64,000 nucleotides of DNA from an uncultured Candidatus Saccharibacteria bacterium. Lineage in GTDB: Bacteria > Patescibacteriota > Minisyncoccia > Phycocordibacterales > UBA5272. Positions 29,215 through 37,422 of the stretch are shown piece by piece; position 1 is the first letter of the stretch, and each line of letters opens with the position of its first letter. The stretch is from positions 67,732 through 131,731 of the forward strand of contig CAYJED010000001.1 of the NCBI GenBank assembly GCA_964369115.1, read 5' to 3'. The notes below the pieces were generated by a model. It saw only the letters and a list, made by a program, of their open reading frames with translations, was not told the origin of the DNA and searched no databases. Both the position numbers and the translations under genes were made by a program.

Positions 29215-29766
29215 ATGTTCATGAAAGTTTCTGATACGGTTGTGCAAATTGATGAAAGTGCACATAATCCTCTTCGTGCTAATGCTCGAGAAGTAACACA
29301 GGAAGAGTTTTCTTCTGTATATCTTAAAGATGTTTTACAAGCGATGAAAAAAGCGCTTATGAGAGAACATGACGGTGTAGCAATTGCTGCGCCTCAAATT
29401 GGTGTTTCGCTTCGTATTTTTGTGGTGGCAGAAAACGCATACAACGAAACCGCAAAGCATAAGCCTCTTGTTTTTATAAATCCTAAAATAGTTAAGCGTT
29501 CGAAAAAGACTGCAATTATGCAAGAAGGATGCCTTTCGGTGAGATGGGTGTACGGCAAGACACGCAGGTCAATTTCTGCAACAGTTGAAGCATACGATGA
29601 AGAAGGTAAGAAATTTACTTTCGGTGCATCTGGTCTCATTGCTCATATATTTCAACACGAGACAGATCATCTAAATGGAGTGTTATTTATTGATCATGGT
29701 TTTGATCTTCAGGAATATACTGAAGAAGAAATAAAAAACGCCGCAAAAGAAAATCATGGAAAATAA
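29215..29766 (+). CDS. def: Peptide deformylase
   Basis: Motifs GIAAPQIG, EGCLS and QHETDHL (HExxH). Confidence 0.9.
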   Translation: MFMKVSDTVVQIDESAHNPLRANAREVTQEEFSSVYLKDVLQAMKKALMREHDGVAIAAPQIGVSLRIFVVAENAYNETAKHKPLVFINPKIVKRSKKTAIMQEGCLSVRWVYGKTRRSISATVEAYDEEGKKFTFGASGLIAHIFQHETDHLNGVLFIDHGFDLQEYTEEEIKNAAKENHGK

Positions 29767-30646
29767 CCCACCTCTCTCTTCTCTTCGTTATGCATTTTTT
29801 GGAACAGGAGCGCTTGCTGAAAGTGTGCTTGCTGCTCTTGTAAAAGCAGGTTATGCCCCTGCTCTTCTTGTGACAAAGCCAGACAGTCTTTCTGGGCGTC
29901 ATATGCAGCTCACTGCACCACATATTAAGGTGTGGGCGGAAATGAAAGGGATTCCTGTATTTCAGCCTGAGTCGCTTAAAAATCTTCCAGAAGATTCCCC
30001 TCTTCATCAGACCTTTGATTGCTTCATTGTGGCATCATATGGAAAAATTATTCCAAAAGATATTTTAGATATCCCTACTCATGGAGTCTTAAACGTACAC
30101 CCATCGCTTCTGCCTCTTTATCGTGGACCATCCCCTATAGAAAGTTTTCTTCTCTCTGGAGAGCTCACTACTGGTGTGACTATTATGAAATTAGATGAGC
30201 TTATGGACCACGGCCCCCTCCTTGCTCAGGTGCCGTTTACAGTTCATGCGCATACAACATCTGGCACTCTTGAGGTAGAATCAGGTCAGCGAGGAGGAGA
30301 GCTTCTTGTATCTGTGCTTCCTCATTATCTAGAAGGAACATTACTTCCAAAAGAGCAAAATCATGCTCGTGCTACGGTATGTAAAAAAATTACCAAAGAT
30401 ATGGGGCAAGTAGCTCTTACTGATGATATCGACGTAGTACGCCGTAAGTATAGAGCGCTTACTCCGTGGCCAGGATTATATTTTTTTATGAAGCATCATG
30501 ATAGAGATATTCGTGTAAAAATAAATGCTATCGAAATGGTGGAAGAAAAAGAGTCACGTATGTTACAGGACTACATCATTGCTGTAACTCCAGAAGGAAA
30601 AAAAGAAATGGACTTTGAAAGTTTTAAACGAGGGTATTTGAAATAA
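29756..30646 (+). CDS. fmt: Methionyl-tRNA formyltransferase
   Basis: Formyltransferase N-domain with NVHPSLLPLYRGPSPI, and the C-terminal Fmt domain. Overlaps the def stop (def-fmt operon). Confidence 0.9.
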   Translation: MENNPPLSSLRYAFFGTGALAESVLAALVKAGYAPALLVTKPDSLSGRHMQLTAPHIKVWAEMKGIPVFQPESLKNLPEDSPLHQTFDCFIVASYGKIIPKDILDIPTHGVLNVHPSLLPLYRGPSPIESFLLSGELTTGVTIMKLDELMDHGPLLAQVPFTVHAHTTSGTLEVESGQRGGELLVSVLPHYLEGTLLPKEQNHARATVCKKITKDMGQVALTDDIDVVRRKYRALTPWPGLYFFMKHHDRDIRVKINAIEMVEEKESRMLQDYIIAVTPEGKKEMDFESFKRGYLK

Positions 30647-30657
30647 AAGATATGAAC

Positions 30658-30692
30658 AAAGAGCGACGCCTACGGCGTCGCTCTTTGTTATT
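30658..30692. terminator. Bidirectional terminator
   Basis: agagcgacgcc-tac-ggcgtcgctct perfect hairpin between convergent fmt and the PPIase gene. Confidence 0.6.
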
Positions 30693-30711
30693 CATCATTT
30701 CCGTCTATCGC

Positions 30712-31377
30712 TTAACGAACAACGATCTCTTGAATGATAACGTCTTCAAGTGGGCGATCATTTGCATTTGTTTTTACATTTTCAATTGCGAGAGCAATAT
30801 CTAATCCTTTTGTTACTTTACCAAAGACTGTATACGCAGGAGGAAGTGGAACACCTGGATTTGCTGTTACGATAAAGAACTGACTTCCATTTGTATTTGG
30901 TCCAGCATTTGCCATAGCGAGTGTCCCTTGCGGGTACTGCTCTTTTCCTGTAAGTTCGTCATTAAACTTATATCCTGGACCCCCTGTCCCCCAAGCAGCT
31001 TGCTGTGCAGGATCTTTACTAAGAGGGTCTCCTGCCTGAATCATAAATCCTTTGATAACTCGATGGAAGCGCACCCCATCATAAAAATCTTTTGAAGCAA
31101 GGGTTCCGAAGTTTTTTACTGTGTTTGGAGTTATTGTTCCAAACTCAACTTCGATTGTTCCTTTGTTGGTAATGATACTTGCACCTGTATATACTTTTTC
31201 TTCCATAGGTTTCTGTGAGACTTGATTAGTAGTTGTAGATGTTGTTGTTTCTTGCTGAACTGGAGCGGTAGTTGTGTTTTCTTTTTCTTCTACAGGTTTA
31301 AGCATGTATGCAAGTCCTGCAAGAAAAATAATAATAACGAGAACCACCCCATAGGTTACCTTGGTGTCGTTTGACAT
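30712..31377 (-). CDS. Cyclophilin-type peptidyl-prolyl cis-trans isomerase, membrane-anchored
   Basis: N-terminal TM, low-complexity T/Q-rich linker, then a cyclophilin core (FHRVIKGFMIQAGDP, GGPGYKFNDE, MANAGPNTNGSQFFI). Confidence 0.85.
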   Translation of the reverse strand: MSNDTKVTYGVVLVIIIFLAGLAYMLKPVEEKENTTTAPVQQETTTSTTTNQVSQKPMEEKVYTGASIITNKGTIEVEFGTITPNTVKNFGTLASKDFYDGVRFHRVIKGFMIQAGDPLSKDPAQQAAWGTGGPGYKFNDELTGKEQYPQGTLAMANAGPNTNGSQFFIVTANPGVPLPPAYTVFGKVTKGLDIALAIENVKTNANDRPLEDVIIQEIVVR

Positions 31378-31395
31378 ATTTCTCAGATTCTCTTT

Positions 31396-31758
31396 TTAAA
31401 TAAGTTTTTTAAATAACGCCTTTACCTTGTGAGCACTCCTTCTCATAATAGATCGTTCTTTATCTTTATGTGAAGAAAGCTCTCTTAGAAGCATGTCTTT
31501 CAATGTGTCGATTGATTTATAGAGATCATCTTGAGTTGTTCTCAGTGATGAGTCCTTTCCTCTTATATGAAGAAGAGCTTCTGCTTGAAATACTTGTCCA
31601 TGAGTATGATGATTTGTTGTTTTTGAAAGTTCAACACTAAGTTTTGCACTTGTGTCATCAGATACAACAAGTTTTTCAAGTGAACGCATCTTTTCAAGTG
31701 TATACGCACGAATCGAATCAGTAATTTCCATATGGACACCAGTGATTATGATATGCAT
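31396..31758 (-). CDS. hpf: Ribosome hibernation promoting factor / RaiA family
   Basis: MHIIITGVHMEITDSIRAYTLEKMRSLEKL... and ...DLYKSIDTLKDMLLRELSSHKDK match the HPF short form. Start taken at ATG 31758. Confidence 0.75.
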   Translation of the reverse strand: MHIIITGVHMEITDSIRAYTLEKMRSLEKLVVSDDTSAKLSVELSKTTNHHTHGQVFQAEALLHIRGKDSSLRTTQDDLYKSIDTLKDMLLRELSSHKDKERSIMRRSAHKVKALFKKLI

Positions 31759-31906
31759 AGATCGTTGAAATATATTTAGCTTACTAATACCTTTAGTATA
31801 TAACAACTACAAAAAGTTACTAACAACTTTTTCTTTATACGTTTATGCACAGTTTTTTGTCTTTATATAGATTCTGATACAGCCTTTATTGGTATAATAA
31901 ACACAT

Positions 31907-32563
31907 ATGACAAAGCAACAAGTATCACAAAAAGAAATCTTTAAGTTTGGTTGGTCAAAGACCCGTCAGCACGCATGGTTTGTTGTTCTTGCAGGTCTTA
32001 TTACACTTATTGCAAGTGGTGCCGTAAGTTCACTGCCAGTTATTAATGTTATTGTTAGTGTTTTTGTTGGAGTAGCAATTACTTCTATTTCTCTTCTCGT
32101 TGTAAGAGATCATCATTTTGACTTTTCAAGTCTTTTTACTCCTCTTCTCTCGTATAAAAGAGTGCTTAAGTTTGCTGTAATGCATGCGTTTTATTCACTA
32201 CCAGTAATTATTGGTATAGTTCCTTTTATGCTTGGAGTGACGATGCAACATCGCCCACTCGCTATCGTTGGAGCGCTTCTCCTTATTCCTCTCTTCTACT
32301 TTATAGTTCGTTTCACTTTCTACCCATTTGTGGCAGTAGAGAACGAAAATATGTCGATTGCAAACCTTATCGAAACTTCGTTTAAGGTAACAAAAGGATA
32401 TTTTGGAAGTATTGTTCTTTTTATTGTGCTCGCTATCCTTCTTAATATTCTCGGTGCTATTTTCTTTGGGGTTGGTATCTTTATTACTATCCCTGTTACT
32501 CTCTTTGCTTGTGCTCATCTGTATACAAAGATTGCAGGTCATCACGAAGCACACACCTCTTAA
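31907..32563 (+). CDS. Hypothetical polytopic membrane protein (DUF975-like architecture)
   Basis: Six hydrophobic segments. No catalytic motif recognised. Confidence 0.45.
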   Translation: MTKQQVSQKEIFKFGWSKTRQHAWFVVLAGLITLIASGAVSSLPVINVIVSVFVGVAITSISLLVVRDHHFDFSSLFTPLLSYKRVLKFAVMHAFYSLPVIIGIVPFMLGVTMQHRPLAIVGALLLIPLFYFIVRFTFYPFVAVENENMSIANLIETSFKVTKGYFGSIVLFIVLAILLNILGAIFFGVGIFITIPVTLFACAHLYTKIAGHHEAHTS

Positions 32564-32580
32564 GCTTAGTTAAGCTTAAA

Positions 32581-32620
32581 GAAAAAACCACAAATTTTCG
32601 TTTGTGGTTTTTTCTTTTAT
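32581..32620 (+). terminator. Rho-independent terminator
   Basis: aaaaccacaaa-ttttcg-tttgtggtttttt hairpin plus T-run. Confidence 0.55.
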
Positions 32621-32821
32621 GTATACATGTTCACACATGCACTTCTTGCAGAAAAGTATATTTTTGTGTATGATTATAAATACCAGATTTAATTTATCTG
32701 GATGTTTTTAACTGGTAATAGATAGATTCTTGCGTAAATTAGCAGTAAAAAATATAGTAAAGGCCTTCTGCTTATTATATGTAAACAAAAATCTGTTAAT
32801 ATTTTTTGCAAAAAACAATAT

Positions 32822-32893
32822 TCCGCGATAGCTCAGCGGTAGAGCAGCGCGCTGTTAACGCGTTGGTCGTAGGTTCGATCCCTACTCGCGGAG
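32822..32893 (+). tRNA. tRNA-Asn (anticodon GTT)
   Basis: Cloverleaf read by hand: acceptor tccgcga/tcgcgga, D arm gctc-agcggta-gagc, anticodon stem gcgcg/cgcgt with loop ctGTTaa, T arm gtagg-ttcgatc-cctac, discriminator G. No encoded CCA. Confidence 0.85.
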
Positions 32894-32895
32894 CA
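32877..32895 (+). repeat. 19-nt tRNA 3'-end core (gatccctactcgcggagca), copy 1 of a direct repeat (att-like)
   Basis: Identical 19-mers recur at 46886-46904 and 48309-48327. Degenerate copies lie at 49547-49560 and about 46727-46745. Confidence 0.8.
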
Positions 32896-34570
32896 TAGTA
32901 GAAAAAACATCTCTTTTAAGGGATGTTTTTTCATTTAACCCTTGTGTATCAAAGTTTAATTTAGGTTCGAACTCTGGAAAATTCACTCTCATACCTTTTA
33001 CTCCATCAATGAGTGCTTGTGTTGCTTTTGACCAAGTAATACAAAGGTTTTCTTCGTCCCAAACTAGGTTCGAACCCAGTGCAAAAAGCACCTTCCTTTT
33101 GTGATCTAATGACCCATTTTTAAGCACTTCTGCAATTGATTCAGAGAAACCGACAATCTCGTTTAACTTAGACATCCAGTCAATATCATCTGCATTTTTC
33201 TTCTTTGAGACATGCTTGTAACGCTGTTCAATATCAGCAAGGTCGGCATTGTATTCGTCGTTAGTTATTTGTTGATTACGAAGCATTGCACGTGCGTGAA
33301 GTTTCTCTTCGTTGTACTTCTTTTTATCTTCTTCAATATTTATTTCTGCAGTAAGAGCATCCTGAAAATCACCATCTTTAAGTTGATATAAATTCGCCTT
33401 TGACCAATCAGCAAGATCAGAGGATATAGGAAAGTCAGAAATCGCAACAGAAATCAGTTCCTTAGTTATGTTTTTCTCAGTAATAGACTTATACGACTGA
33501 CGAGACTTCTTCTTACGATTGTCGTAGTGATATGAATACTCAAGAAGTTTAGGAGAAACCATTTGAGGTATATCAGTGCCACATGTAGGACAAATGGTAG
33601 ACAGAGTACAAGAAAACTTACGCTTACAGTCACATATGACCTGTAATTTAACGTCCTGAGCCAAAACATGTCCCAGTGGAGACCTTACGAGACCAGAATA
33701 CAGAGTCTTGTGATCCTGAACTTTAGGAAGCGAATGCTGACCAAGTAGACGTAGAATCTTCACATGTTCAGACTCGGTTATAATACGAGGTAGAGATTTG
33801 TGAAGTTCGTAACGCTCACCACCATAAAAGAAGAAACCTGCATAAATAGGATCCTTGAGAATCTCATAGATACGAGACCTCATGATAGGCATACCACCAC
33901 TTCTACCTCGTGCGACAGTAGTAAGGCCAAGTTCACCAACTGCGTAGTCGTACAACTTACCACCAGTAAAACCTCCTTCAAGAAACTTTCTTAATAAAAG
34001 ATTTATTTTATTCAAACGAACCTTATCAACCTTCCATTTACGATTACCTTTCTCTTCAGACTTATCATTAAGAAAACCAAGAGTAGCAACACCGTGAGGA
34101 AAACCCAAAGATGCTTTCTTAGTCTGACCTCTTTTAACATTCACAGAAAGATCACGAACGAATTGATTAGCAGAACCAAACTCAACCGACATCAAAATAG
34201 TGTTCTCACTACTGTGATAAATCTTGTTGGGAGTAATAATGCACTTAATGGTCCCACGCTGTAGCATGTCCATTATAACCCCACCATCAATCATGTTACG
34301 GGCCAAGCGATCAATTTTCCAACATACAATGCTGTCATATTTACCATTCTTAATATCTTTAATCATTTGAGTAAAAACAGGTCTCTTGTTGGACATCTTA
34401 CCTGACTTAGACTCTTTGAGGACATCAAGAATCTTAATACCAAACTGACTCGCTATCTTTTTATTTTCATCAACTTGAGAGTCGATAGATAACATTTGCC
34501 TTTCTTCTGACTCAGAAGACTTACGATTGTAATTCACTGCTTTCAACTCACCATAATTTATTTCATACAT
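32882..34570 (-). CDS. Large serine recombinase (integrase)
   Basis: N-terminal resolvase catalytic domain (AVNYNRKSSESEERQMLSIDSQ; WKIDRLARN), recombinase domain, Cys-rich zinc ribbon (CDCKRKFSC...CPTCG) and coiled coil. The last codons overlap the tRNA 3' end. Confidence 0.85.
   Translation of the reverse strand: MYEINYGELKAVNYNRKSSESEERQMLSIDSQVDENKKIASQFGIKILDVLKESKSGKMSNKRPVFTQMIKDIKNGKYDSIVCWKIDRLARNMIDGGVIMDMLQRGTIKCIITPNKIYHSSENTILMSVEFGSANQFVRDLSVNVKRGQTKKASLGFPHGVATLGFLNDKSEEKGNRKWKVDKVRLNKINLLLRKFLEGGFTGGKLYDYAVGELGLTTVARGRSGGMPIMRSRIYEILKDPIYAGFFFYGGERYELHKSLPRIITESEHVKILRLLGQHSLPKVQDHKTLYSGLVRSPLGHVLAQDVKLQVICDCKRKFSCTLSTICPTCGTDIPQMVSPKLLEYSYHYDNRKKKSRQSYKSITEKNITKELISVAISDFPISSDLADWSKANLYQLKDGDFQDALTAEINIEEDKKKYNEEKLHARAMLRNQQITNDEYNADLADIEQRYKHVSKKKNADDIDWMSKLNEIVGFSESIAEVLKNGSLDHKRKVLFALGSNLVWDEENLCITWSKATQALIDGVKGMRVNFPEFEPKLNFDTQGLNEKTSLKRDVFSTMLRE
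32902..32931 (+). terminator. Terminator hairpin downstream of the tRNA
   Basis: aaaaaacatc / gatgtttttt perfect 10-bp stem with a 10-nt loop. Confidence 0.45.
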
Positions 34571-35407
34571 ATATTTTTCATATTAATTAGTTTGTAAACA
34601 AAAATGAGGTAACGACGTTTAACTTTAAGTTGCTACACCAAGTCGTCATTACCTCGTTTTTATCGACAAAATTTGAGTCATTTCCGCCCCACTTGTTCCG
34701 TTCTCTGTCTTCTTACGGTTCTTATGGTTCGTATCTGCTCAATCTTGTTACTTGGTGTAGCATTTGTATTTGTCACTTAACTCTCGAATCTTTGCAAGTA
34801 TTAAGTGATTCCAATTGATAGGAAAGGAGCACAGCCCCCCTTACCCCCCAAGGAAACTTTTAGTAATCTAGGGGGAGATGTTGAAACTTGTATCCGTTTT
34901 CTCTCGGAGTTTCTTAGTATCATTCTTTGCTACACATGTAGCATTGTTACTCCGCTATTCGTTGATACTTTTCCATCGGTACGAATAACTTATTTAGAGG
35001 CGATTCCACGTTGATGAGGGATCCTCGCACTCCGCAATTTAACCAAAGGGCCTTACTCGAAGGGTGGCTTGCGGAATTAGCCCGACCAGTCCTTCTCGTG
35101 TGAATAGAGTCAATTTCTTGACTCTGGTTTGATTACCAAAATTGATAATAAAACCAGAATTAAGAAGCAAGTACTTTTACTTTTAAGTGTTCTGCTGTTA
35201 CCACTAGTAATGCGTTACCAATCTCTTGAACATCGTCGTCAGACAATGGATCGCAAAAATTACAACCAAAGGATTTATTCAATGCTGTTCTGAGATCTTG
35301 AATTGATTTGATTGATAACTTCATAATAAAAACACCATAGTGTTACTATGGTTATATCAACATATGAAAAATGCCTACAGTCAGTTATCTGTAGACAGTT
35401 AAGTGAC

Positions 35408-36148
35408 TCAAGAATCTTTCCTGTATTTCTTCTGTCTGATTATTTTATCTACCCGAGTGTAGTCCCAGTCAAGATTAAATCTCTTGTTTATTTTCCCAGC
35501 AATCGCTTTAGTAGAAAGTCCAATGTTATTTTTAATAAGATTGTAAATTGAAAGAAGGTCTTCTTTGGTTTTTCTTATTGTTAACATTTTACTTTTAGGG
35601 TCTCGTAACTTTATCTGCATTGGTTCAATTGTATCTTTGTATCTCTTATCCAAAATATCCTTAAGTTCAGTCAGAGAAGTGTAAGGATCAATAAGTATTG
35701 CGATAGGATAAGTTTTAGAATACTCGTTTGATAATGAGAAATTCTTTTTAGAGTCGTTATTTATATTGTAGATTCCGTAAGATTTACCAAAATTAAAAGA
35801 ATCATATCCACCAAAGACAACGTACTCAGAAAACAAAGTAAGCCAAGTGTCTGAGTCAAAACCAAACTGATTACATAGTTTGGCAATAACATCAAAGAAT
35901 TTTGTAGTATCCAATCTCTCAGGTATATCAAAATTAGTATGAGCAAAAACTTCGTCTGAATCTTTTGAATCAGTAGATGTTGGGTATTCTTCAATTCCTT
36001 TTTCTGGTATATCAAATTCCTTTCTGATCTTCGTAACTTCAGACTGAAACTCGTCTGTATACACAACGTGCTCAAAATACGTAGCCATTCGATTGTCGGC
36101 CTGCACATCACTTCTATATCTAAAGTATTTCTTCTTATCGTTTTTCAT
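35408..36148 (-). CDS. Hypothetical protein (about 246 aa) on the island
   Basis: ORF with start taken at MKNDKKKYF (36148). No recognisable family. Its start region overlaps a GTTGCTACACC motif copy. Confidence 0.45.
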   Translation of the reverse strand: MKNDKKKYFRYRSDVQADNRMATYFEHVVYTDEFQSEVTKIRKEFDIPEKGIEEYPTSTDSKDSDEVFAHTNFDIPERLDTTKFFDVIAKLCNQFGFDSDTWLTLFSEYVVFGGYDSFNFGKSYGIYNINNDSKKNFSLSNEYSKTYPIAILIDPYTSLTELKDILDKRYKDTIEPMQIKLRDPKSKMLTIRKTKEDLLSIYNLIKNNIGLSTKAIAGKINKRFNLDWDYTRVDKIIRQKKYRKDS

Positions 36149-36188
36149 GGTGTAGCAACCGAAATAAAGTAAACACATTATAACATTT

Positions 36189-36222
36189 TTGACACTAAAA
36201 AATTACTCGAAAATGATATAAT
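36189..36222 (+). promoter_or_regulatory. Putative promoter (TTGACA ... TGATATAAT) directly abutting ORF 36229
   Basis: TTGACA at 36189-36194 and an extended -10 TGATATAAT at 36214-36222. The spacer is longer than optimal. Would give a leaderless transcript. Confidence 0.3.
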
Positions 36223-36228
36223 TTATAG

Positions 36229-36504
36229 ATGGAATTTAGCAACAAACCAATTGATGTGCTGAAAGAGATAAGTCTAGAACCCCTTAAAGAAACAAAGGTT
36301 CCTTTGGTGCGAGGTTACCGAGGAAGATTTGTAACTGGTAACCAAGAAAGTGTTGGCAATAAAGGTGGTCGTCCACGCAAACTCACACGTGCTGAACTGA
36401 TTGAAAATCCTGAGAAGTTACAAAGAATTATAGAGAGATCCGAAAATGGTGACACTGACGCACTGATCATACTAATAAACCTTATGGAGGGAAAAATAAA
36501 ATAA
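36229..36504 (+). CDS. Small basic protein with AT-hook-like GRPRK motif (possible DNA-binding regulator or recombination directionality factor)
   Basis: 91 aa; NKGGRPRKLTRAELIENPEKLQRIIE resembles an AT-hook plus HTH. No SD. Its first 20 nt are duplicated at 36505-36525. Confidence 0.4.
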   Translation: MEFSNKPIDVLKEISLEPLKETKVPLVRGYRGRFVTGNQESVGNKGGRPRKLTRAELIENPEKLQRIIERSENGDTDALIILINLMEGKIK

Positions 36505-36904
36505 TCCAATTGATGTGCTGAAAGTAGAGACTGATATAACAGTAAGAAACTCGGTGAAAACAGATTCAAAAAAATTGAATAGTAATTTCTGTACAGAAAT
36601 CGAGACCGTATAAACACGGATAAAACTCGGTGAAATTAATAGTGGCTCTAATTGATATACAGAAAGTGAGACCATCTAAACTTGGAATAAACTTGGTAAA
36701 AAATTACAGTAACCCAATTGATATAGTGAAAGTGAGCCCAGTTATAACAGGAGAAAACTCGGTGAAATACTGAAAGTTTAGATTGAAATAACAAATTAAA
36801 ACTCGACAAAAACAAATTCATAAATATAGTAGCCAGAATTTCAGTACTGAAATTGACACCGTTAGAATACGGTGAAAACTCGGTGAAAATTACTTCTGTG
36901 ATCC
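36505..36904. repeat. Non-coding tandem array of about 5 structured repeat units (64-144 nt)
   Basis: The constant 14-mer AAACTCGGTGAAA occurs at 36548, 36624, 36757 and 36876, with variants at 36690 and 36799. Each unit has an [A/T-rich palindromic arm]-GAAAG-TGAGNCC head, e.g. perfect palindromes tttctgtacagaaa (36585-36598) and aatttcagtactgaaatt (36838-36855). Each unit also has a short hairpin with compensatory stem changes (ccgt/acgg, caccgt/acggtg, actg/cagt, cca/tgg). No ORF. Confidence 0.8.
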
Positions 36905-37168
36905 AAGTAGAATGTACTTAGCCAAGAATTTTAGGCCTCCGATAAGTACAAGGTACCCGAGGAGAGCCAGAAAAAATTCATAGTGAAAACCGTCTGTGAT
37001 CCAAATGTAAATACTGAAAATTAGTCCAACCCAAAATGGTATTCCAAGTATAAAATAGATAACCTTAAAGGATCTATAAAGCGGTGTATTTTTTGTATCT
37101 GTAGTCATAATGATGAAATACAGAGTACCTACGTAAAAACAAAATAGGCACCCCATAGAGGTGCTCAC
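36890..37168 (-). CDS. Possible small membrane protein (about 70-92 aa)
   Basis: Hydrophobic ORF with 2-3 predicted TM helices. No SD identified. Confidence 0.3.
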   Translation of the reverse strand: MSTSMGCLFCFYVGTLYFIIMTTDTKNTPLYRSFKVIYFILGIPFWVGLIFSIYIWITDGFHYEFFLALLGYLVLIGGLKFLAKYILLGSQK

Positions 37169-37286
37169 ATATCAATAACTTTCGTTACCAATCATGTTTC
37201 CTCATAGGATGCCTATGCTGTGCACGATTGGTAACGAAATAAGCACATTAAAATGCTGATTTTGAAAAACTTATTGATATGTGAGC
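37163..37286. repeat. Long nested inverted repeat (imperfect hairpin/cruciform of about 124 nt)
   Basis: Outer 16-bp perfect IR gctcacatatcaataa (37163-37178) / ttattgatatgtgagc (37271-37286). Inner 14/15 IR ctttcgttaccaatc (37179-37193) / gattggtaacgaaa (37226-37239). Central catagg / cctatg (37203-37217). A 30-nt asymmetric insert lies in the right arm. Confidence 0.8.
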
Positions 37287-37364
37287 AAGTACATAATACC
37301 ACAAAACATTGATATCTCATAGGGTATTAGACGTAAGTTGTTCACAAGTGCCTTAACTTGGTGC

Positions 37365-37393
37365 TTGACAAAGTTAAAGTAAAGGTATATACT
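37365..37393 (+). promoter_or_regulatory. Putative sigma70-type promoter upstream of the fic gene
   Basis: TTGACA (37365-37370), 17-nt spacer, TATACT (37388-37393). Confidence 0.45.
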
Positions 37394-37422
37394 TTAACTA
37401 TAAAAATAAATAAGTAAAAGAA

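Noticed and set aside
34630-35014. Two small plus-strand ORFs (62 and 69 aa)
   Set aside because: No ribosome-binding sites. They lie in a hairpin- and GC-rich non-coding region with unusual composition (C-runs), so they are more likely non-coding.
36505-36904. Possible CRISPR array
   Set aside because: Repeat units are long (64-144 nt) and only a 14-nt box is constant. There are no identical 28-37-nt repeats with unique spacers, and no cas genes nearby.
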